From the NCBI GenBank assembly GCA_021325135.1, contig JAJPHT010000017.1, forward strand, positions 1 through 22,041: 22,041 nucleotides of DNA, given 5' to 3'. The notes under the pieces were generated by a model. That model worked only from the letters and a program-made list of their open reading frames with translations, was not told where the DNA came from and did not search any database. The DNA comes from Pseudomonadota bacterium (GTDB taxonomy: Archaea; Thermoplasmatota; SW-10-69-26; JACQPN01; JAJPHT01). Below are positions 16,826-22,041 of this stretch, piece after piece; position 1 is the first letter of the stretch, and every line of letters starts with the position of its first letter. The translations under genes and the position numbers were made by a program.

Positions 16826-17014
16826 ATGCCCGTCGAGGAGCCCGAGGACGACGCGCGGCCCGCGGACGTGGAGGGCGGGAGCACGGCGGGGCGCACGCAC
16901 GCGCAGGTGCTGGAGCAGACGCTGGGCCGCGAGCGGGCCAACGCCCTGGGGGACGGGCCGCCGGTCGCGCGCGGCGACGTCGTCAAGGAGCGGCACCGGG
17001 AGATGAGGCCTTGA
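16826..17014 (+). CDS. Small hypothetical protein, 62 aa
   Basis: ATG after a purine-rich GAGGAG tract; GC3-rich codons; TGATG coupling to the next ORF. Confidence 0.5.
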   Translation: MPVEEPEDDARPADVEGGSTAGRTHAQVLEQTLGRERANALGDGPPVARGDVVKERHREMRP

Positions 17015-17220
17015 TGCAGGTCACCATGGGGCACCTCCTCATGCTGGCGGGCGCGCTCCTCGTGGCGGGGCCCTTCGTCGCGCCGTTCCTCTACGACGCC
17101 GCAGCGGTGCCGCTGACGGTCTTCTTCGGCGTCGACCTCCTGATCCTGGGCGCCCTGTTCCGCAAGCTCCTGCCTCGCCTGGGCGGCGCGTACCCGCCCC
17201 CGCCGGAGCGCCGCGCCTAG
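17014..17220 (+). CDS. Small two-TM membrane protein, 68 aa
   Basis: Two hydrophobic segments and a basic/Pro C-terminal tail; translationally coupled start. Confidence 0.6.
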   Translation: MQVTMGHLLMLAGALLVAGPFVAPFLYDAAAVPLTVFFGVDLLILGALFRKLLPRLGGAYPPPPERRA

Positions 17221-17429
17221 AGGTCCAGCACGGGGGGCTCGCAGCCGCGGTGCGCGTCCAGGAAGCGCGTCAGGCGGTCCACGCGCTCCACCACGTCCAG
17301 CGAATGCGGCGCGTCCTCCTGGTGGCCGCAGTGGCGGCAAAGGGCCACGTAGCGCGAGGAGCCCGCGGGCTGGCGGAACGAGACGTGGGGCACGAAGCCT
17401 CCTTCGTCCTCGTCCTCCTCCAGCCCCAT
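17217..17429 (-). CDS. Small acidic Zn-binding hypothetical protein (CxxC...HxxC), 70 aa
   Basis: CRHC and HRGC. ATG 17429 lies about 26 nt from an AAAGCTTGA promoter-like element. Convergent 4-bp overlap with the neighbouring ORF. Confidence 0.6.
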   Translation of the reverse strand: MGLEEDEDEGGFVPHVSFRQPAGSSRYVALCRHCGHQEDAPHSLDVVERVDRLTRFLDAHRGCEPPVLDL

Positions 17430-17509
17430 GGACGCGGGACTCACGGCCCGTGGGTCAAGCTTTGTGGAGGGCGGCTCCAGAAGGGACCGGCAACGAGGCC
17501 GAATCCAGA

Positions 17510-17582
17510 AGTGGATCCGTCCAGGCCCGCACCGGCAGGGAGGGTCGAGACGGGCCTGCGAGCGAAGCGAGTGGGTCCGTCC
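17510..17582. repeat. Direct plus inverted partial duplication of the tRNA-Pro 3' end
   Basis: AGTGGATCCGTCC (17510-17522) vs AGTGGGTCCGTCC (17570-17582). ACGGGCCTGC (17550-17559) pairs with 17571-17580 around GA-GCGAAGC-GA. Confidence 0.6.
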
Positions 17583-17644
17583 GGATTTGAACCGGAGTCA
17601 AGTGGTCCCGAACCGCCAAGGATACCAAGCTACCCCACGGACCC
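17572..17644 (-). tRNA. tRNA-Pro(CGG), intronless, CCA not encoded
   Basis: Minus strand: acceptor GGGTCCG/CGGACCC; TGGGGTAGCTTGGTATCCT D-arm typical of archaeal tRNA-Pro; loop TT-CGG-GA (anticodon 17608-17610); T-arm TCCGG-TTCAAAT-CCGGA; discriminator A. Confidence 0.95.
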
Positions 17645-17687
17645 AGGGTTGTGCGCGGCTCGGGGAACGACGCCGCAAGCGGGGTTT

Positions 17688-17699
17688 CCCTATTTCACG
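17688..17699 (-). promoter_or_regulatory. Putative TATA-like element of tRNA-Pro (CGTGAAATAGGG)
   Basis: 11/12 identical to CGTCAAATAGGG upstream of tRNA-Lys. Confidence 0.55.
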
Positions 17700-17845
17700 C
17701 TTTGGGGCGCCCCGGCGCGCGCTTCGCGAGCACCCGCACGATGTCCCGCCCCCAGGAAGAGCGGGCCTTCAGGCGTCACGCGGCGCGGGCTCGGGACCCC
17801 GAAGGGTTATGCGATGCGCCGCGGTCGCCGAAGCCAGGTCGTGAC

Positions 17846-19045
17846 ATGGGCGCCATCCAAGAGGTGTTCTTCCGGAGGATCCTGGACAGCCGCGGCAACG
17901 CCACCGTCGAGGTGGACGTCGTGGCGGAGGACGGCTTCGGCCGCGCGGCGGCGCCTTCGGGCGCGAGCACCGGCGCGCACGAGGTGGCGGCGTGGGCGCC
18001 CGGCGGCGTCGAGGAGAGCGTGCGCGTGGGCCGCGAGCAGGTGGCGCAGGAGTTGGTGGGCGTCGACGTGCTGCTGCAGCGCGAGATCGACGACCTGCTG
18101 GCGGACCTGGACGGCACGGGCAACTTCGCGAAGATCGGCGGCAACCTCGCGGTGGCGACGTCGCTGGCCGTCGCGCGCTGCGCTGCGCACTCGCTGGACC
18201 TTCCCCTCTACGCGTACCTGGGCGGCGCGTTCGTGAGCCGGCTGCCCCGCCCCTTCGGCAACGTGCTCGGCGGCGGCGCGCACGCGGTGGGCGGCACCGA
18301 CATCCAGGAGTACATGGCCGTGGCGCTGGGCCCCACGGTGGAGGAGAGCGTGTTCGCCAACGCGTTCGTCCACAAGGAGGTCAAGCGCCTCCTCAAGGAG
18401 AAGTACCCGGGCCAGAGCCTCGGGAAGGGCGACGAGGGCGCCTGGACCGCGCCCATCGGCAACGTCGACGCGGCGGAGCTGGTCGCGCACGCGTGCGGGC
18501 TCGCGCAGGACAAGTTCGGCTTCGAGGTGCGCCTCGCGCTGGACGTCGCCGCCACCGAGCTGTGGGACGGCAAGGCGTACGGCTACAAGGACGGCAAGAA
18601 GACCAGCGCGGACCAGGTGGAGTTCCTGGCGGACCTCGCGAAGCGATATCACATCCTCAGCATCGAGGACGGCCTCGCGGAGGACGACTGGGACGGCTGG
18701 GTCGCCCTCACGAAGCGCATCGGGAGCAGCACGCTCCTCGTGGGCGACGACCTCTTCACCACGAGCCCGGAGCGCCTCCAGAAGGGCATCGGCCTGGGCG
18801 CGGCCAACGCGATCCTCGTGAAGCCCAACCAGATCGGCACGCTCTCGCGCACCGTGGAGACGATCCAGCTTGCGCACGACAACGGCTACAAGACCGTCAT
18901 CTCGCACCGCAGCGGCGAGACCACCGACGACGCCATCGCGCACATCGGCGCGGCGTTCGGGTGCTTCGGCATCAAGACGGGCGCCGTGGGCGGCGAGCGC
19001 ATCGCGAAGCTCAACGAGCTCATCCGGATCGAAGAGGAGCTGTAG
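17846..19045 (+). CDS. eno: Enolase (phosphopyruvate hydratase)
   Basis: ILDSRGN.TVEVD, APSGASTGAHE, NV.GGG.HA, IQE, GDEG, DVAA, SIED, VGDDL, LVKPNQIGTL, SHRSGET.D, IKTG, ER.AK.N.L.RIEE. ATG at 17846. Confidence 0.96.
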   Translation: MGAIQEVFFRRILDSRGNATVEVDVVAEDGFGRAAAPSGASTGAHEVAAWAPGGVEESVRVGREQVAQELVGVDVLLQREIDDLLADLDGTGNFAKIGGNLAVATSLAVARCAAHSLDLPLYAYLGGAFVSRLPRPFGNVLGGGAHAVGGTDIQEYMAVALGPTVEESVFANAFVHKEVKRLLKEKYPGQSLGKGDEGAWTAPIGNVDAAELVAHACGLAQDKFGFEVRLALDVAATELWDGKAYGYKDGKKTSADQVEFLADLAKRYHILSIEDGLAEDDWDGWVALTKRIGSSTLLVGDDLFTTSPERLQKGIGLGAANAILVKPNQIGTLSRTVETIQLAHDNGYKTVISHRSGETTDDAIAHIGAAFGCFGIKTGAVGGERIAKLNELIRIEEEL

Positions 19046-19123
19046 CGCTAGGGTGGAGCCTTCGCGCCGGGCGGGGGAAGCGTTAGGCGCGCGCCGCGCA
19101 TCCCGCCCCCGGCTGATGCCATC

Positions 19124-20260
19124 TTGCCGCTCCTCCGCCGCGTCCCGCTCCTCTGCGCGCTCCTTCTCGCCTCGCCCTTCGCGCTGGTCACCGGAGATCC
19201 CATGGGCCTTGTGGACGTCGAGACGGCGGGCCCCGCCTCGGCGTCCGTCCTGGCGGTGAGCGCCACGGGCGACGCGCACGGCTCCGGGGGCTGCTCCGGG
19301 CCGGGCGTCTCCTGCGTCGCCGTGAGCGGCACGGGGAACGCCCGCAACGAGGGCGGCGACCAGGCTTGCGGGTCCTCGTGGGCTGCGGGCGCCAGCATCG
19401 GATGCGTCGCCATCTCGGGCACGGGCGACGCCTCCAACGAGGCCGGCAGCGGATCGTGCGGCAGCGCCATCGTGGCCAGCGGCGCGGGCGTGGGGCTCGG
19501 GTGCCTCGCCGCGTCGGGGCTCGGCCGCGCGTCGAACGCGGGGGGAGCCTTCTCCTGCGGCCTGGGGGGCGGCGCCATGGGCGCGGGTGTCGGCGTCGGG
19601 TGCGTCGCCATCTCGGGGGCGGGGTCCGCCTCCAACGAGGCCGATGGCCTGGGCGCCTGCGGCGTGAGCGAAGGGGCCGAGGCCGTCGGCCTGGCCGCGG
19701 GGTGCTTGGCCCTCTCCGGCGCGGGCCCTGCGTCCAACGCGGCGGACTCGGGGAACTTCACCTGCGGCGCGGGGCTCGCCGCGGTGGGGGTCAGCGCGGC
19801 CCTGGGGTGCGTGGCGGCCTCAGGTGCCGGCGACGCGTCCAACGCCGGCGGGGGCTTCTCGTGCGGGTTCGGCGGCTTCACCGCGCTGGGCGCGGGCGTC
19901 GGCTGCCTCGCGCTCTCGGGAGAAGGGGACGCCTCCAACGCGGGCTCGGACGTCTCGTGCGGCGCGAGCCTGGTGGAGGTCGCGGGCCCCGCCGCGGGGA
20001 TGGGCTGCGTCGCCGTCTCCGCGCTGGGCTCCTCCTCCAACGCGGCCGGCGCGTACTCCTGCGGGACGACCCTCCTGGAGGGGGCCGGTCCGGGCGTCGG
20101 GATCGGCTGCGTGGCGGGCGCGGGCCCCGGCGGCTCGGCGACCGACGCCGCGGGCAGCGACGGCTGCGGCGCGGTCACGTCCTTCCCGACCTCGCCCTTC
20201 CTGCCCGTCCCCACCGACGTGGGCTTCGCGCAGGGCTGCATCGAGGAGGCGCTGCCTTAG
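19124..20260 (+). CDS. Secreted Gly/Ala/Ser/Cys tandem-repeat protein (9 repeats of ~30-35 aa)
   Basis: Signal-peptide-like N-terminus; repeat consensus C[VL]A[IVLA]SGxGxASNxxGxxSCG-x(10-14)-G; GC3-rich frame. The TTG start is uncertain. Confidence 0.8.
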   Translation: MPLLRRVPLLCALLLASPFALVTGDPMGLVDVETAGPASASVLAVSATGDAHGSGGCSGPGVSCVAVSGTGNARNEGGDQACGSSWAAGASIGCVAISGTGDASNEAGSGSCGSAIVASGAGVGLGCLAASGLGRASNAGGAFSCGLGGGAMGAGVGVGCVAISGAGSASNEADGLGACGVSEGAEAVGLAAGCLALSGAGPASNAADSGNFTCGAGLAAVGVSAALGCVAASGAGDASNAGGGFSCGFGGFTALGAGVGCLALSGEGDASNAGSDVSCGASLVEVAGPAAGMGCVAVSALGSSSNAAGAYSCGTTLLEGAGPGVGIGCVAGAGPGGSATDAAGSDGCGAVTSFPTSPFLPVPTDVGFAQGCIEEALP

Positions 20261-20434
20261 AAAGGGGCCCTCCCTCCGGGCGTCCCGTCCGCGGTTGGAA
20301 GGACTGGCGCGGGCGAGGCGTCCGGGGGAGCGCGCGTCCGCCTGGGAGTGGTTGGAGGCTTCGACGTGGGGCGGGCGCAGGCCTCTGGTGCCCGCTTCGC
20401 ACGATGCCCTTTCGCATCCGGAGTTGAATCCGGA
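20260..20434 (+). other. Multi-hairpin intergenic region (candidate structured RNA or palindromic element)
   Basis: Stems at 20270-20330 and 20334-20378; closing helix GAAAGGG/CCCTTTC; TCCGGA-GTTGAA-TCCGGA. Many G-T pairs, all on the + strand. Confidence 0.45.
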
Positions 20435-20446
20435 CCTGTAGAACGC

Positions 20447-21445
20447 TCAGGCGCCGATGCCAAGCTGGTGGAGGACGGCCGCGGCGACGAGGACCAGCGT
20501 GGGCAGGAGGACGCTGGTGGCCAGCTCCACGAAGACGCGCGTGTCGAACGGGTAGAGCGCCATGTCGCGAGCCTCCGCCTGCTCGCGGCGCACGGTGTCC
20601 AGCTGGCGCGTGACCTGGAGCTGGTCCGCGCCCTTGTCGTGCAGGCGCGGGCGCAGGCGATCGTACTCGTCCTGAAGACGCGCGAGGATGCGGGCCCGCT
20701 CGCGCTCGCCCGCCTTGTGGACCAGGTAGAGGGGCGCGACGAAGGTCGCCAGGATGGCCAGCGTGTGGCACGCGACGCCCAGGAGGAGGTACGGGTCCTG
20801 GAGGCTGGGCGAGTAGAGGAACACCAGCGGGAGCACCAGCGCACCGGAGGCGACGAGGAGCGTGGCGGGGAGCGAGAAGTCGCCGAAGGGCTTCAGCCCC
20901 GAGCGCGTGTCGGGGTGGAACGGGTGGAGGCGCAGCGGGCGGGACGCGACGCGCGCCACGGCCGCGAGCGTGGTGAAGGTGAGCGACATGCCGAAGCCCA
21001 CCAGCACGCCGCCCCACGCGACGAGCAGGGCGCCCAGGAGGAAGAACGGGTCCGCCGCTCCGCGGATGCCGCCCCCTCCGCGCACGACCACGTCGAGGCC
21101 GCCCAGGTAGATGGCGCCGCCCAAGAGCGCAAAGGGCACCGCCAGCGCGATGCCACCGCGCACGTAGGCCCGCTGGAACGAGGCGCGCGCCGCGTCAAGG
21201 CCCGAGGCGTCCTCCACGGCCTCCGCGGCGCGGGCGAAGAACGCGGGAAGCTGCACCGCGCCATAGCGCCAGAGGAAATGGGGGTAGATCGCGAGCCACA
21301 CGGTGGCGAGGCCGTAGGCCACGACGAAGGAGGCGCTAAGCTCCCCGTGCCGAAGGGCGAGGAGCGCCACGTAGTAGAGCGCGACGGGGCCGCCGAAGAG
21401 CGCGACGGTGCGGACGAAAGGGGGCGGGCGGCCCGGCTCGCTCAC
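20447..21445 (-). CDS. Hypothetical polytopic membrane protein (~7 TM)
   Basis: Several hydrophobic helices, a PFHPD..SGL..G loop, a coiled-coil segment, then YPFD and a final TM helix. GTG start about 25 nt from a TTGAA box. Confidence 0.78.
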   Translation of the reverse strand: MSEPGRPPPFVRTVALFGGPVALYYVALLALRHGELSASFVVAYGLATVWLAIYPHFLWRYGAVQLPAFFARAAEAVEDASGLDAARASFQRAYVRGGIALAVPFALLGGAIYLGGLDVVVRGGGGIRGAADPFFLLGALLVAWGGVLVGFGMSLTFTTLAAVARVASRPLRLHPFHPDTRSGLKPFGDFSLPATLLVASGALVLPLVFLYSPSLQDPYLLLGVACHTLAILATFVAPLYLVHKAGERERARILARLQDEYDRLRPRLHDKGADQLQVTRQLDTVRREQAEARDMALYPFDTRVFVELATSVLLPTLVLVAAAVLHQLGIGA

Positions 21446-21480
21446 GCGCGGGCATCCGGCCGCCGCCGGTTCAACCTATC

Positions 21481-21693
21481 TCAGCACGCCGCGTTGACGA
21501 CGACGCAGACGTTCAGGCCGCCCACGCTGACGTCGACGCTGACGCCGGGCGCGCTGGTGTCCACGCCGGTCGTGACGCAGGCGTTGTCGCCCGTGGGCAG
21601 GGCCTGGCAGGTCGTGTCGGCGCTGGCGGCGGGCGCGAGGGCGACGGCCGTGAGGGCGACGAGGCTGGCAAGGAGGATGGCGCTGGTCTTCAT
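21481..21693 (-). CDS. Small secreted peptide (25-aa signal peptide plus 45-aa mature region, 4 Cys)
   Basis: ATG 21693; MKTSAILLASLVALTAVALAPAASA|DTTC...C...C...AAC; GC3-rich codons. Confidence 0.72.
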   Translation of the reverse strand: MKTSAILLASLVALTAVALAPAASADTTCQALPTGDNACVTTGVDTSAPGVSVDVSVGGLNVCVVVNAAC

Positions 21694-21779
21694 GGGAGCA
21701 GGCTCCAGCCCGGGGAGCGGAGCCGCGCGGCTCGTGGTTTTTCGTCCAGGCCAGGATGTGGGGGCGACCCACCCAACTC

Positions 21780-21789
21780 TTTTATAGGG
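21780..21789 (+). promoter_or_regulatory. TATA box of rps2 (TTTTATAGGG)
   Basis: Near-canonical archaeal TATA box upstream of rps2; GAGGTGA RBS at 21863-21869. Confidence 0.65.
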
Positions 21790-21877
21790 CCGAAGGGTTC
21801 GCCGCGCCATCCAAGCCCGGTCCCCGGGCGCTACCTCCTCGGCGCGGAGCGTCGAGGCATCTGAGGTGAACCACGAA

Positions 21878-22041
21878 ATGCCCCAGCAGGAAGTCGAGCA
21901 GAGCCTCGCCGGCTACGAGAGCCTCGTCCCCGAGGACCAGTACCTCTCGTGCGGCGTCCACATCGGCACGCAGCAGAAGAACGCGGACATGGAGGAGTAC
22001 ATCTACCGCGTCCGCAACGACGGCCTCTTCGTCCTCGACGT
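21878..22041 (+). CDS. rps2: 30S ribosomal protein S2, 3'-truncated by the window edge
   Basis: Manual translation [54 protein letters not shown] matches the archaeal uS2 N-terminus (GVHIGTQQK...M..IY..R.DGL.VLD). Strong RBS. Confidence 0.93.
   Translation, partial: MPQQEVEQSLAGYESLVPEDQYLSCGVHIGTQQKNADMEEYIYRVRNDGLFVLD

Noticed and set aside
19043-19050. TAGCGCTA palindrome at the enolase stop
   Set aside because: Eight bp with a GC core is readily expected by chance, and there is no associated duplication.
19048-20241. 397-aa Pro/Ala-rich repeat ORF on the minus strand
   Set aside because: Mirror of the Cys/Gly repeat gene. The + frame has GC3-rich codons, a signal peptide and conserved repeat residues.

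Overview
Very GC-rich archaeal chromosomal window. The information-processing genes are archaeal in type and the proteins are not acidic, so a non-halophilic euryarchaeon, probably Thermoplasmatota, is inferred. The backbone is housekeeping: tRNA-Lys(CTT), a LeuD/HacB small subunit, aspS, K+-independent hppA, the rpoE'-spt4-DPCK-rps24e-rps27ae operon, tRNA-Pro(CGG), enolase and the start of rps2. It also holds a compact, complete pentose-bisphosphate (AMP) pathway cluster: ribose-1,5-bisphosphate isomerase, AMP phosphorylase and form III RuBisCO. Two kinds of unexplained material are interleaved. (1) Several unrelated secreted proteins with even numbers of Cys: a ~33-aa Cys/Gly repeat protein, a LecA-like lectin candidate and a 45-aa mature peptide next to a membrane protein. 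(2) Non-coding palindromic inserts in intergenic regions. The clearest sits at the 3' end of rps27ae: a perfect 26-bp duplication of the gene end, an inverted copy of it, and a GA-GCGNAGC-GA hairpin. The same layout recurs at the 3' end of tRNA-Pro. No transposase, integrase or CRISPR array is visible. All calls come from manual reading and recalled family motifs; no searches or folding programs were run.
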